64,000 bases of DNA, taken from contig JBGPIA010000014.1 in NCBI GenBank assembly GCA_041484665.1, positions 1-64,000 of the forward strand. Direction: 5' to 3'. The position numbers were made by a program, and so were the translations under genes. Shown one piece after another: positions 1 through 9,632 of this stretch (position 1 is its first letter; each line of letters opens with the position of its first letter). Source of the DNA: Candidatus Krumholzibacteriia bacterium (GTDB lineage: Bacteria; Krumholzibacteriota; Krumholzibacteriia; JAJRXK01). Below the pieces are notes generated by a model, which was not told the DNA's origin, ran no database searches, and saw nothing but the letters and a program-made list of their open reading frames with translations.

Positions 1-61
1 CGGCTTCCCGCCAGTAGGGCTTGGCCAGCGTCCTGGCCAGCCACGACTTCCTCGAGCTCAT
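1..61 (-). CDS. 5' end of a hypothetical gene running off the window (MSSRKSWLARTLAKPYWREA...)
   Basis: ATG at 61 preceded by a GGGAGG RBS-like motif on the minus strand; only 20 codons visible. Confidence 0.3.
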   Translation of the reverse strand, partial: MSSRKSWLARTLAKPYWREA

Positions 62-140
62 CGGACACCACCTCCCAGGGGGTGCCCGACAGTGTCAGGC
101 GCCAGCGGTCAGCTCAACATGGGTTGCCCGAACGGATACT

Positions 141-757
141 CGGCAAGGCCCCAGGACCCTGGGACTTGCGCGGCGGGTGAAGCGGCAATCGTCCGTGACG
201 GGCGGCGCAGCAGGTTGCCCGTCGACTGCGAACGGCCGGATCGGCGGGGCCGGCTGGGGCGAATGGTGACTTCGAACAGCCGGATAGAGCACCCTCGACC
301 GAAGCCAACAACGGTGGCGAACGTCGGCAATGCCCCGGATCATCGGACCTGCCAGGCGCGTAGAGCGGCAAACGTCCGTGACGGGGGGCGCGTCAGGCCC
401 CCGGTGGACCGCGGACGGTCGGATCGGCGGGGCCGGCAGGGGCGAATGGCAACTGCGAACGGCCGGATCGAACGCCGCCGGCCGGTGCTATCAACGGCGG
501 CGAACGTCGGCAAGGCCCCAGACCCCGGGACTTGCGCGGCGGGTGGAGCGGCGAACGTCCGTGACCGACGACGCGACAGGCCGCCGATCGACTGCGAACG
601 GCCGGATCGAGCGGGCCGGCGAGGGCGAACGACGACTGCCAACGGCCCGATCGAACGCGGTCGGCCGGAGCCATCAACGGTGGCGAACGTCGGCAGGGCC
701 GAGGACCACGGGAATTGCGAGGCGGGTGGCGCAGCGAACGTCCGTGACGGTCGGCGC
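141..757. repeat. Higher-order tandem array: about 3.4 copies of a 183-bp unit, each containing four GCGAACG-like cores
   Basis: Units start at 141, 325, 508, 691. Cores at 185, 228, 272, 317, 368, 411, 455, 500, 551, 594, 638, 683, 734, with recurring 43/44/45/51 bp spacing. Confidence 0.9.
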
Positions 758-816
758 TCACGAAGCGCAGGGTGGCGACCCGTACCGCATCGTACGGATT
801 CGCTCCAGCATCCTGC

Positions 817-2112
817 TCACGCCTCCAGGTAAAGCTCCCCCGAGTCGCTGTCGTAGGCGAACAGCTCGGCGTAACGGCCCCACTTGATGGCCAGGTCGAG
901 TTGCAGCTCCGCCTGGTCGCCGAGAGCCGACTGGAACTGGTCGAGAAAGTAGCCGCGGTCGACGCGCTGGTTGTCGTCGCGCTGCAACGTCTCGTAGATC
1001 TGGTTGATCATGGGCAGCCGCAACGTGCGGCTCGCGATCAGCTCTTTGCGCGCGAGGATGCTGGCGTGCGCGTAGGTCTGCCCCAGCGGGGTCAGGGAGA
1101 GGTCTCCTTCGTGCACCATGAGCAGCCCCATCAGCTCGCCAGCCTCCACGACGGGCAGCAACACGTCGAGTCCCATCCTGAGCTCGCCGCTGAGCCGGTG
1201 CAGATCGGCCGTCCCGCCCTCGGCAGCTACCGTATCCACGAAGCCGGCCAGGGCATTGAGCCGCGCGGCTGGCAACCGCCTCATGCCCGGCTTCAGTGTC
1301 TCGGCTTCCGGCGGCGTCCGACCGGCGACAGCGGCGTAGACCTTGTCGACGATCGCCTGGAACGCGGTGTCCTTGCGCATGCGTGGATGCTTCAGCCCGA
1401 CGGCCATCTCGGTCAGGATCTGGCCCGGATCCTTCCCCATCACGATGATCCGGTCGGCCATGAACACTGCTTCCTCGATGTTGTGGGTCACCATCAGGAT
1501 GGCCTGGATCGGCAGCGTGTGGCTCTGCCACAGCTCCATCAGCTCGCCGCGCAGACCCTCGGCCGAGAGCACATCCAGCGCGGAGAACGGCTCGTCGAGG
1601 CAGAGCAGCTCGGGCTCGACGGCCATGGCCCGCGCGAAGCCGACCTTTTGGCGCATGCCCCCCGAGAGCTCCCGCGGGTACGCCGTCTCGAAGCCGTCGA
1701 GCCCGACCATGTCGATCAGCTGCAGGGCACGCTCCTGGCGCGCCTCGCGCTCGACGCCGCGGGCCTTGAGCGCCACCTCCACGTTCTCCTGGACGCTGAG
1801 CCACGGGAACAGCGCGAAGGTCTGGAACACGATCGCGGCGTGCGGATTCACCCCGCTGAGCTCGGCTCCCTTGTACAGCACGCGGCCAGCCGTAGCGCTG
1901 TTGAGGCCGGTGATGATCCGCAGCAGCGTAGATTTCCCACAGCCCGACGGGCCGAGCAGGCACACGAACTGCCCTTCGCCGACGGACAGCGATACGTCGC
2001 TCACTGCCACGAATCGTTTGGGCTCGCGGCCATAGGCCTTGGTCACGTGCTCGACCACCAGCAGATCCGAGGCCCCCACCGCAGGTGGCGCCGCCGCTGG
2101 CACCTGGCTCAC
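817..2112 (-). CDS. NitT/TauT-family ABC transporter ATP-binding protein with C-terminal associated domain
   Basis: Walker A GPSGCGKS, LSGGMRQ signature, LDEPFSALD, VTHN; C-terminal WGRYAELFAYD typical of this subfamily. Confidence 0.93.
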   Translation of the reverse strand: MSQVPAAAPPAVGASDLLVVEHVTKAYGREPKRFVAVSDVSLSVGEGQFVCLLGPSGCGKSTLLRIITGLNSATAGRVLYKGAELSGVNPHAAIVFQTFALFPWLSVQENVEVALKARGVEREARQERALQLIDMVGLDGFETAYPRELSGGMRQKVGFARAMAVEPELLCLDEPFSALDVLSAEGLRGELMELWQSHTLPIQAILMVTHNIEEAVFMADRIIVMGKDPGQILTEMAVGLKHPRMRKDTAFQAIVDKVYAAVAGRTPPEAETLKPGMRRLPAARLNALAGFVDTVAAEGGTADLHRLSGELRMGLDVLLPVVEAGELMGLLMVHEGDLSLTPLGQTYAHASILARKELIASRTLRLPMINQIYETLQRDDNQRVDRGYFLDQFQSALGDQAELQLDLAIKWGRYAELFAYDSDSGELYLEA

Positions 2113-2229
2113 CTCTCCTCCCGTGTCATGCCCATCTCCTCCTGGCCGATCCTGCCCGTTTTCTGGCTCGTTCCATCCGACGCCGGACGCGCACCCTCCG
2201 GCCGCGAATTCACATCGCCCGCCGGCGTC

Positions 2230-3957
2230 TCACTCCATCCGATAACGCGTCTCGGCCAGTCGGTACAGTCGGTGCCAGAATGCGCGGTTGATGCCGATGA
2301 CCGTCGCCACCAGCGCGAGTGTTCCCGCCAGCAGCAGCGAGTAGTTTCCCGCCGCGGTCGCCCGCGCGATGACCGATCCGATCCCGACGGTGAAGTGGCT
2401 GCGGCCGCCGAACTCGACGTACTCGGCCACGATGCTGGCGTTCCACGCGCCGCCCCCCGAGGTGATCAGCCCGGTGACGATGTAGGGAAACAACGCCGGA
2501 AGCACCAGCGTGCGCCAGCGCTGCCCGCGCGGCAGACGCAGCAGGTCGGTGGTGTAGCGAAGGTCCGTGGGGATCGCCGCCGCGCCGGCGATGATATTGA
2601 ACAACAGGTACCACTGCGTGCCCATGAGCATCAGCAGCACCGCGGCGAGATTCAGGCCGCCCGGCAGGTGCAGCAGCGCGAGCAGCACCACGGGAAACAG
2701 CGCGGTCGCCGGGATCGCGGCCAGGATCTGGGCCAGCGGCTGCAAGAACGCCGCCAGCCGCGGATTGGTCCCGATCGCCACGCCCACCGGTACGGTCCAC
2801 AGCAGGGCCAGCGCGAGCGCCGCGGCGACGCGTCCGCAGGTGGCCAGCAGCCCAGTGCCCACCGCCCCCCATTCGGCCGGCGCGACCCGCGCGAGCAAAA
2901 GGCCGGCGTGGTAGGCACCGTATGCCACGGCCGCGGCAACGACGGTGGCCAGGACGATCACCGCCACGGAGAACCGCTCGGGACCACCCGCCTCGTCAAG
3001 GCCCGCCACCGCGACGGCGGCGCGGCGCCGCAAGCGCGCGTCGAGCCACTCGCTGAACGGTCCCCATACGCGCTCGGCGAACTGCTCGAGGACCGCGGAG
3101 CGGGCAAGGATCTCGTTGAACCACGACGCCGGAGCCGTGCCCCCTTCCAACATCTCCACTTTGAAGCGGTCCGCCCGGGCGAGCAGCGGCCTCCAGACGA
3201 GCTGATCGAGGAGCACCACGATCAGGACCAGCACGCCGACACCCAGGAGCACGGCTCGGATGTCGCCACGGGAGGCGGCGGCCTGCAGGTAGGAGCCGAG
3301 CCCGGGCAGGCGGAAGTCACGAGGCCCCACCCTGAACGTCTCCGAGGCCATCAGGAAGAACCAGCCGCCCGCCCAACTCATGATGCTGTTCCAGATGAGG
3401 CCCAGTGCCGCGAAGGGCAGCTCCAGGTACTTCAGCTGCAGCCACGGCGAGAAGCGATAGACGGCCGATGCCTCGCGCAGCTCCGTGGGAATCGTGCGCA
3501 GCGACTGATAGAAGCTGAACGTCATGTTCCACGCCTGCGACGTGAAGATCAGCAGCACGGCAGCCAGTTCGGCGGCGAAGCGGTCGGGGAGCACCGCCGT
3601 AAGGCCGAGCAGCACGACCGGGAGGAACGACAGGATGGGAACGCTCTGCAGGACGTCCAGCAAGGGCATCAACACGATCCGTGCGCGGCGGCTGCGCGCA
3701 GCGGCATAGCCATAGAACAGGCTGAACAGCAGGGAGAAGGCGTACGCCCACGCCATGCGCCCGATGGACTGCGCGGCGTACCAAGGCAGCGCCCGGGGCT
3801 GCAGCGAGATCTCGGGTCCCTGGACGGCGGCCGGTGCGTGGATTCCCAGCCGCAGGCCGAGGCCCAGCAGAGCAATGAGACCGACGAGGATCACGCCGTC
3901 GGCGGCGGTAAACGCCCGCAATCTCGGCACCGCGGGGCCGAATCGCAGTCGCCGCAT
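2230..3957 (-). CDS. NitT/TauT-family ABC transporter permease (two fused TM domains)
   Basis: PLLDVLQSVPILSFLP, WNSIMSWAGGWFFL, GGAWNASIVAE motifs; start MRRLRF after GGAGG. Confidence 0.92.
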   Translation of the reverse strand: MRRLRFGPAVPRLRAFTAADGVILVGLIALLGLGLRLGIHAPAAVQGPEISLQPRALPWYAAQSIGRMAWAYAFSLLFSLFYGYAAARSRRARIVLMPLLDVLQSVPILSFLPVVLLGLTAVLPDRFAAELAAVLLIFTSQAWNMTFSFYQSLRTIPTELREASAVYRFSPWLQLKYLELPFAALGLIWNSIMSWAGGWFFLMASETFRVGPRDFRLPGLGSYLQAAASRGDIRAVLLGVGVLVLIVVLLDQLVWRPLLARADRFKVEMLEGGTAPASWFNEILARSAVLEQFAERVWGPFSEWLDARLRRRAAVAVAGLDEAGGPERFSVAVIVLATVVAAAVAYGAYHAGLLLARVAPAEWGAVGTGLLATCGRVAAALALALLWTVPVGVAIGTNPRLAAFLQPLAQILAAIPATALFPVVLLALLHLPGGLNLAAVLLMLMGTQWYLLFNIIAGAAAIPTDLRYTTDLLRLPRGQRWRTLVLPALFPYIVTGLITSGGGAWNASIVAEYVEFGGRSHFTVGIGSVIARATAAGNYSLLLAGTLALVATVIGINRAFWHRLYRLAETRYRME

Positions 3958-4031
3958 CGGCACGCCTCCGGTGGGCGCAGGAGCGGAGTGCCTCCCGCAC
4001 GATGGGCATTGGGCGAGGGCGCGGAGTGGCC

Positions 4032-4904
4032 TCAGCCGCCGATCGCGTACGCCAGGCTCGTCGCAAGGGCCGTCTGGATCTTCGTCCAGGCGACCGGCTG
4101 GCGCAGGGGGAACCGTTGATTGACCTCCAGCTCGATCCCGGCGTAACGGGTCTCGGGGAACAACCCGCGCAGCGCTCGGGTGTGGCCGTCGGAGGTCCCC
4201 CGGTACGGTGCGTTGCGCCGGATGCGCAAGCCGGGCAGGAGCACCGCCAGGGCGCTCCGCCAGCGCTCCACCAGGTCCACCTCCCACGCGCGCGCGGGAT
4301 CGTAGAGCAGGCCGATGTCGACGTCGCGCACCTTGCGGCCGAGCACCGGCGTGAAGGTGTGCACGGAGACGTGCACCACGCGAAAGCCGAGGTCGACGGT
4401 GCGTTGGATCCCGGGCGCCACGGGCAGACGGTAGGGCAGGTAGTAGCGTTGCAACAGCTGCATGCGAGTCATTCCGTCAAGCACCCTGGTGTACGCGGAG
4501 AAGAGCTCTCGGCTGTCGGCAGAGCGGTTGAGGTCCACGAGCAGGCGGCTCACCTCGCCTGCGTGGACCGGCGTTTCCAGCCGGCGGCCGAGGCGCCGCG
4601 CGAGCTCGAGCGCGCCCGGATCCCAGGACCGGTGGGTCTGCAGCACGCCCGGATCGCCAGCGAAGAGGCCACGCAGGGCCGCCGGGACGCGGTTGCGCGC
4701 GTGCTCACAGGTAATCAGCAGCGCAGCGGGGAGCTCCACGTCGCCGCCCCGCGGGGGCGGGGTAGCGCTGGGACGACGCCGCGTAGCGGTTCTAGGGCCG
4801 CGGCGTGCAGCAGCTTCTGCGCCACGCCGCGCAGCTCGCTGCGCCCCGCGCCGCGCCCCTCGCCGATCGCCGCCCGCAGCGGCGTTCCAGTCAGATCGCG
4901 CCAT
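4032..4904 (-). CDS. N-formylglutamate amidohydrolase family protein (start uncertain: 4904 ATG or 4739 GTG)
   Basis: ITCEHA, HRSWDPGA, SRLLVDLNRS, SVHTFTP, IELEVNQ motifs. Confidence 0.88.
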   Translation of the reverse strand: MARSDWNAAAGGDRRGARRGAQRAARRGAEAAARRGPRTATRRRPSATPPPRGGDVELPAALLITCEHARNRVPAALRGLFAGDPGVLQTHRSWDPGALELARRLGRRLETPVHAGEVSRLLVDLNRSADSRELFSAYTRVLDGMTRMQLLQRYYLPYRLPVAPGIQRTVDLGFRVVHVSVHTFTPVLGRKVRDVDIGLLYDPARAWEVDLVERWRSALAVLLPGLRIRRNAPYRGTSDGHTRALRGLFPETRYAGIELEVNQRFPLRQPVAWTKIQTALATSLAYAIGG

Positions 4905-6351
4905 GGAACGAGCGCCCTTCCGCCAAGCAGGCACCCAGCTCAGCAACCATGGGGTGGAGAAGCTGGCGTGGCACGCGCTCGCCACGCTTTCCCTCCATGC
5001 CGAGGCTACGCAGCATGCGCCGGGAAAGACAACCCTCCGTGACGATCGTGCGCAGCGGCTGCAGGGCCTGCAGCGAGTGCAGCGGGCGGAGCAGGTGTGG
5101 CTCACGGGAGGCGCCCGCACCGGCTACCGAGCCCCCGCCCGCGCCCGCACCCGCGCCGGCTACCGAGCCCGCGCCCGCGCCAGCCACCGCGCCCGCGCCG
5201 GCCACTGCGCCCGCGTCGCCCACCACACCCGCGCCCATAACCGCGCCCGCAGTCCCGCCCTTGGGCACTTCCAGCGCCTGCGGAAGCAGCGTCTCGACCA
5301 GATGCTGCCACAGCTCGCCCGCCCGCGCTCGCCCGCGGCCTGGGAAGCCGAAGCTGTCCAGGTACGCGCGGTCGCCAATCACGGCGCGGTCGGCATCGCG
5401 GATCACCTCCAGCAGGATCTCCGCCAGCGGCTCCGCTCGCCACTCGCGCTGGTTGCCATACGACGTCCACCGCTCCGCCACCAGCGCCTTCAGCACCGCG
5501 ACGATACCCTGCGCGACGGCCAGATCGGCCTGCGGGCACTCCTGCATGTCCAGCAGGCGGATCTCGATGGCGTCGCGTGCGAAGCGCGCGATCGCGCCGC
5601 GCGCGTTGAGCCACTCCTCCTGCAGGATTTTGCCAGGGTCGAACGGGGCGATGTCGGCGTAGAGACGCTCCAGCACTTCCTGCTCGTACTCGCGGCGGGT
5701 GAAGACGGGCTCGGGGATCACCAGCCCGGTGAGCGAGGGGATGCGCCCGCAGTTCTGGCGGTAGACCCACAGGCGCGTATCGAGCAGCCCGGTGACCTCG
5801 CCGTCGGCGATGGGCGAGCTGGCCGACAGCGCCGGCAGGATCGGCAACGCCAGCCGCACCGCGGCGTGCAGGCGGCCGAACTCCTCGTCCCCGTTGAACG
5901 CCAGGTTTACGTGCATGCTCTGCAGGTTTGCCCAGCCGTGGCCGCGGCAGTCGAAGATGCGGTTGAACGCCTCGTAGATTTCGCGGTTGTCGTGGGGCCA
6001 CAGGCGCATCTCACGGTGGGGATCCATCCACGGATGCATGCCCCCCGGCAGCAGCATCCCGTTCCACCGCGCAAGCGCGCCGTTGATGCGGGCGATGTCC
6101 TTCTGGAAATCGGCGGCCACACCTTCCAGCGTGGCGACCGGGCCGTTGGTCTTCAGCTCCAGGACGTGCAGCACCAGCTCGTTGGACCAGCCGATCGCGC
6201 CGGTCTCGAAGTCGCTCACCTGCTTACCGGCTTCCTGGCAAAGCAGCTGATCGACGACGGGCAGCACGTCGAGCCGCTGGCGATCGACGACCATGTACTC
6301 CAGCTCGATGCCGAAGCCCGCAAAGAGTCCCAGGATGTCACCGCGTGCCAT
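4891..6351 (-). CDS. Glutamate-cysteine ligase family 2 (GCS2/YbdK-like carboxylate-amine ligase) with Gly/Ala-rich insertion
   Basis: GIELEYM, NELVLHVLELKT, GMHPW, SMHVN, SASSP, RGAIARF, IEIRLLD motifs. Confidence 0.9.
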   Translation of the reverse strand: MARGDILGLFAGFGIELEYMVVDRQRLDVLPVVDQLLCQEAGKQVSDFETGAIGWSNELVLHVLELKTNGPVATLEGVAADFQKDIARINGALARWNGMLLPGGMHPWMDPHREMRLWPHDNREIYEAFNRIFDCRGHGWANLQSMHVNLAFNGDEEFGRLHAAVRLALPILPALSASSPIADGEVTGLLDTRLWVYRQNCGRIPSLTGLVIPEPVFTRREYEQEVLERLYADIAPFDPGKILQEEWLNARGAIARFARDAIEIRLLDMQECPQADLAVAQGIVAVLKALVAERWTSYGNQREWRAEPLAEILLEVIRDADRAVIGDRAYLDSFGFPGRGRARAGELWQHLVETLLPQALEVPKGGTAGAVMGAGVVGDAGAVAGAGAVAGAGAGSVAGAGAGAGGGSVAGAGASREPHLLRPLHSLQALQPLRTIVTEGCLSRRMLRSLGMEGKRGERVPRQLLHPMVAELGACLAEGRSFHGAI

Positions 6352-6372
6352 GTGCTGCCTTCGCTGCAGCCA

Positions 6373-7836
6373 TCAGTGCCGCGCCTTGAGCAGCTCGATG
6401 CGCCGCAAGAACCCCGACATGATCGTCAGGTAGAGCTGATCCTTCAAGACGGCGTCCTCCATGCCGGCGTCCACGTTTGGATTGTCGTTGACCTCCATCA
6501 CGTAGAAGCGCTTGCCGGACTGCTTGAGGTCTACGCCGTAGAGGCCGTCGCCGATCAGGTTGGCGGCTTGCACGGCCCGGGACACCAGGCCCGGGGGCGC
6601 CTCCTCCACCGGAAGCGCCTCGACGCGGCCGAACTCGTCCTTGCCCGAGCCGCCATTGCGCACGATCTGCCAGTGGCGAGGCGCCATGTAGTAGCGGCAG
6701 ACGAACAATGGCTTGCGGTCGAAGACGCCGACACGCCAGTCGAACTCCGTGGGCAAGAACTCCTGGGCGATCACCAGGTCGGAGCGCTCCAGCAGGCGCT
6801 GTACCTCCTGGCGCAGGCTTTCCAGGTCGTCCACCTTGACCACTCCCTGGGAGAAGGCGCTGTCGGGCTGCTTGAGGATACACGGCAGCCCCAGCTGGGC
6901 TGCGATCGCGCCGACGTTGTCGCGGTGCACGATGAGCGTGCGGGGCGTGCGGACCTCGTAGCGGTCCAGCAGCTCGGCCAGGTAGACCTTGTTGCAGCAG
7001 CGGAGGATCGACTCGGGATCGTCGATGACGACCAGACCCTCCTTGGCCGCCCGCAGCGAGAAGCGATACGTATGGTGGTTGACCGCGGTCGTCTCGCGGA
7101 TGAACAGAGCGTCGAACTCGGCCACGCGTGCGTAGTCGTCCTTGGCGATGAGCTCGGGCTGCATGCCCAGAGCTTCCGCCGCCCGGGCGAACCGCCGCAG
7201 CGCGCGCTCGTCGGAGGGCGGCTGCGCCTCGGCAGGGTTCTGCAGGATCGCCAGGTCGAAGCGCGGCGAGCGGCGGCGGCGCACCTGGGGACGCCTGCCC
7301 GCGAGATACTCGCCGGCCACCTTCAGGATGAACGGCCGGTGGAACTCGGGCACCTCGCTGACCGCGATCGGCTCGATGTTTTGGAGGATCCACTTGCTCT
7401 TGCTGTGGGCGAAGTGGGCGCGCAGCAGCGGCGAGTGGAACAGGTTGAACAGGTGCTTGCTCAGGCGCCGGTAGCGCTTGGCCAGGCTCTGCCCGAAATA
7501 GATGCTCAGGACGAACTTGCGGGATGCGATCGGCGCGAGCGCGTGCTGGATCAGCTCGTCGAGATCGTCGGAGACGAAGCGGATCGTCGTCTGTGACTTC
7601 ATCTCCTGGATGGTCGAGACGTCGGGAATGGGGCGGTGCCCGCGCGCCTCGGCCAGCAGCGAGACGTAGTAGCCCAGGCTCTGGTAACGGTAGGAGCGGC
7701 TGAGGTTGAACAGCTTGACGTTGCGCAACTCGCTGTAGGCGGGCTCGGTGAGGTAGGCCCTCGCCTGCACCACCTGCACGTCGGGAATCTCCAGCGGCCA
7801 GTGGGCCGGCGTCTGGACCACCACCAGAATCGGCAT
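6373..7836 (-). CDS. RimK-family ATP-grasp ligase with N-terminal RLAN-like domain
   Basis: YQSLGYYVSLLAEARGH, LFIRETT, LKQPDSAFSQGV, QEFLPTEFDWR, YGVDLK, EVNDNP. Confidence 0.92.
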   Translation of the reverse strand: MPILVVVQTPAHWPLEIPDVQVVQARAYLTEPAYSELRNVKLFNLSRSYRYQSLGYYVSLLAEARGHRPIPDVSTIQEMKSQTTIRFVSDDLDELIQHALAPIASRKFVLSIYFGQSLAKRYRRLSKHLFNLFHSPLLRAHFAHSKSKWILQNIEPIAVSEVPEFHRPFILKVAGEYLAGRRPQVRRRRSPRFDLAILQNPAEAQPPSDERALRRFARAAEALGMQPELIAKDDYARVAEFDALFIRETTAVNHHTYRFSLRAAKEGLVVIDDPESILRCCNKVYLAELLDRYEVRTPRTLIVHRDNVGAIAAQLGLPCILKQPDSAFSQGVVKVDDLESLRQEVQRLLERSDLVIAQEFLPTEFDWRVGVFDRKPLFVCRYYMAPRHWQIVRNGGSGKDEFGRVEALPVEEAPPGLVSRAVQAANLIGDGLYGVDLKQSGKRFYVMEVNDNPNVDAGMEDAVLKDQLYLTIMSGFLRRIELLKARH

Positions 7837-7837
7837 C

Positions 7838-8695
7838 CTAGATTCCCGCCCTCTTGCCGCGCCGGTCGCCTCCGCGCGGCGCGGCCTCGCGCGCTGCGCT
7901 TGCGCCCTGCTCGGCCTCGCCCGCCCCCACGTCCCGGGTTTCCTGCGAGCGGGTCTCGCCGTCGCGCGCTCCGGTCGCGTGCGCCTCGTCCTCACGCGGC
8001 TCGATGATGAGCATGTTGCCGTCATAGGTGAGGATCCCCAGCAGAATCGAGCCGATGAGCCGGTCGAGGCTCACCACGTACTCGTGCGCCGACGACACGG
8101 GGTTGGGCTGCATCGGGTCGGCGACGAGCACCTGCCGCTGCTTCTTGTCGTAGCCGCAGAGCACCACGAAGTGCCCGGCCGGCTCGCCGCGCACGTCGTC
8201 GGGCTCGTCACTCTCGCCGACTTCGCGCATCGTGCGGTATAGGTAGGTGGCGCTCAGGCCGGTCAGGATGGGGATCTGGCGCTTGAGGTAGCGGCGGATC
8301 AGGTTGGGCGTGAGGTCGTCGAAGCGCACCTTCCCGCCGAGGTCGAGGAACTCCTGATATGCGTGTGAGGCGGCGCGCAGCCGCACGTTGGACTTCGCTC
8401 CGAGCTGGCGGGCGAGCCGCTCCTTGAGCGCCGGCGCGCGATCCGAGAACCACGTGGGGTCGAAGACCTGCAGATCGTAGGTGTAGATGGTGGCGTCGTA
8501 GCCCCGGTGCAGTGCGTGGTTGGCCAGCTGCACTGCGAACGTCCCGCCGGTCGGCAGCCGGGGCGTCTCGGCGATGACTTGCTCGAGGGGCAGCTCGTCG
8601 CCGAAGTACCGATACACGGCGTGCAGGCACGTGGGCCCGCACGTGGTTGGATCGGGCTGGGGGAGGATGTCGAGGTGGAGGTGACGCTTGAGCAC
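7838..8695 (-). CDS. Peptidase C39-like (papain-fold) protein
   Basis: QPDPTTCGPTCL catalytic Cys, GHFVVLCGYD His, VADP Asp; GTG start inferred; stop abuts the RimK start. Confidence 0.85.
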   Translation of the reverse strand: MLKRHLHLDILPQPDPTTCGPTCLHAVYRYFGDELPLEQVIAETPRLPTGGTFAVQLANHALHRGYDATIYTYDLQVFDPTWFSDRAPALKERLARQLGAKSNVRLRAASHAYQEFLDLGGKVRFDDLTPNLIRRYLKRQIPILTGLSATYLYRTMREVGESDEPDDVRGEPAGHFVVLCGYDKKQRQVLVADPMQPNPVSSAHEYVVSLDRLIGSILLGILTYDGNMLIIEPREDEAHATGARDGETRSQETRDVGAGEAEQGASAAREAAPRGGDRRGKRAGI

Positions 8696-8989
8696 GAGGA
8701 TTGCGGCGGCGGACGTCCGATCTGCAGCGCAGGCGTACGCAACCGTGGCGGCATCATAGCACGCGGGGTGCCAACTGGCGACCGAAGGTGAGCTGTGGGG
8801 GCGGCTGGGACGATCGAAGCCCCCTGGAGCGGTGCCGCGCCGGACGCACCGGCCGCGCCGGCCGCACCGCGGGAGTTGCGCGGGCCCCCGGGCTCGCCGG
8901 CCACATCGCAGACCGCTGCGCGCCGGGTCCGGTCTGCCGCAAGCTGCTGCGGGCCAGCGGGCCCCCGCAGGCCAAGCTCTGTTGCAGCT

Positions 8990-9390
8990 GCGCCCCGTAG
9001 CGCGAGCTCGTGCAGCTCGCCGCTGGCCGGATCCCCCTGCAGCACCCGGTGGTTGTTCGTGTCGGCGATCCAGAGCGTCCCCGGGGCCAGTCGCGATCCC
9101 GCCCGGCTCGCACAGCACCGCGGGATCGCACGGCGGATGTTCTGCGGATCGCGCGCCGAGATGAACGTGGCCGAGTGCACGCCGATCACCGCGACCGGCT
9201 GGTCCTTGAAGCGCTCCTCGATGCGCTGGAGCCCGGGGTGCACGTACAGGCAGTTGATGCAGCAGTAGGTCCAGAAGTCAAAGACGGTGACGCGGCCCCG
9301 GAGGTCGCCAGCGACGGTCAGCGGCCGGGGCGTATTGAGCCACGTGAAGCCCGCCTTGAACTCCGGGCAACGCAGCTTGTCGTCGCCCAT
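8990..9390 (-). pseudogene. Internally deleted thioredoxin-like/NHL-repeat (NHLRC2-like) gene remnant
   Basis: FDFWTYCCINC and VIGVHS thioredoxin-like N-terminus joined to one terminal NHL blade; LCEPGGIATGPG and TLWIADTNNHRV lie in different frames; no proper stop. Confidence 0.75.
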
Positions 9391-9632
9391 GGCGGGATCC
9401 TCTTCCCCCCTCAGGGAGGGGTGCCTGCGTGGTGGCGCCCGAAAAGCGCTCGGCGGGCGAGCTTGGAGCGGCCCCCGGGGGGGGGGCTGGATCTTGATAG
9501 GTCGGGGCGCGGGAAACGAGGCAAATCGCCCACCGGCCGCCCCGCCGAGGCAGGGCGAGCGCCCTGGGCGCAACGACGCCCATCCGGCGCGCGAGCGCCG
9601 CGGGGCGCACGAACGGCGCCAGTCAGGCGCGG

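Noticed and set aside
141..757. CRISPR array interpretation of the left array and of the 60-bp array at 63493
   Set aside because: The spacers are homologous to one another, the repeats are short or degenerate, one array is in-frame coding, and there are no cas genes in the window.
92..832. 246-aa repeat ORF over the 183-bp array
   Set aside because: No clear RBS, Arg/Gly/Pro-rich composition, overlaps the end of the ABC gene, and the conserved core is read in different frames; more likely non-coding (not fully excluded).
772..7596. Very long plus-strand ORFs (772-4119, 4462-7596) and similar ones such as 9741-11966, 34613-36499 and 48073-49617
   Set aside because: Antisense shadows of well-supported genes, expected at high GC with strong codon bias.
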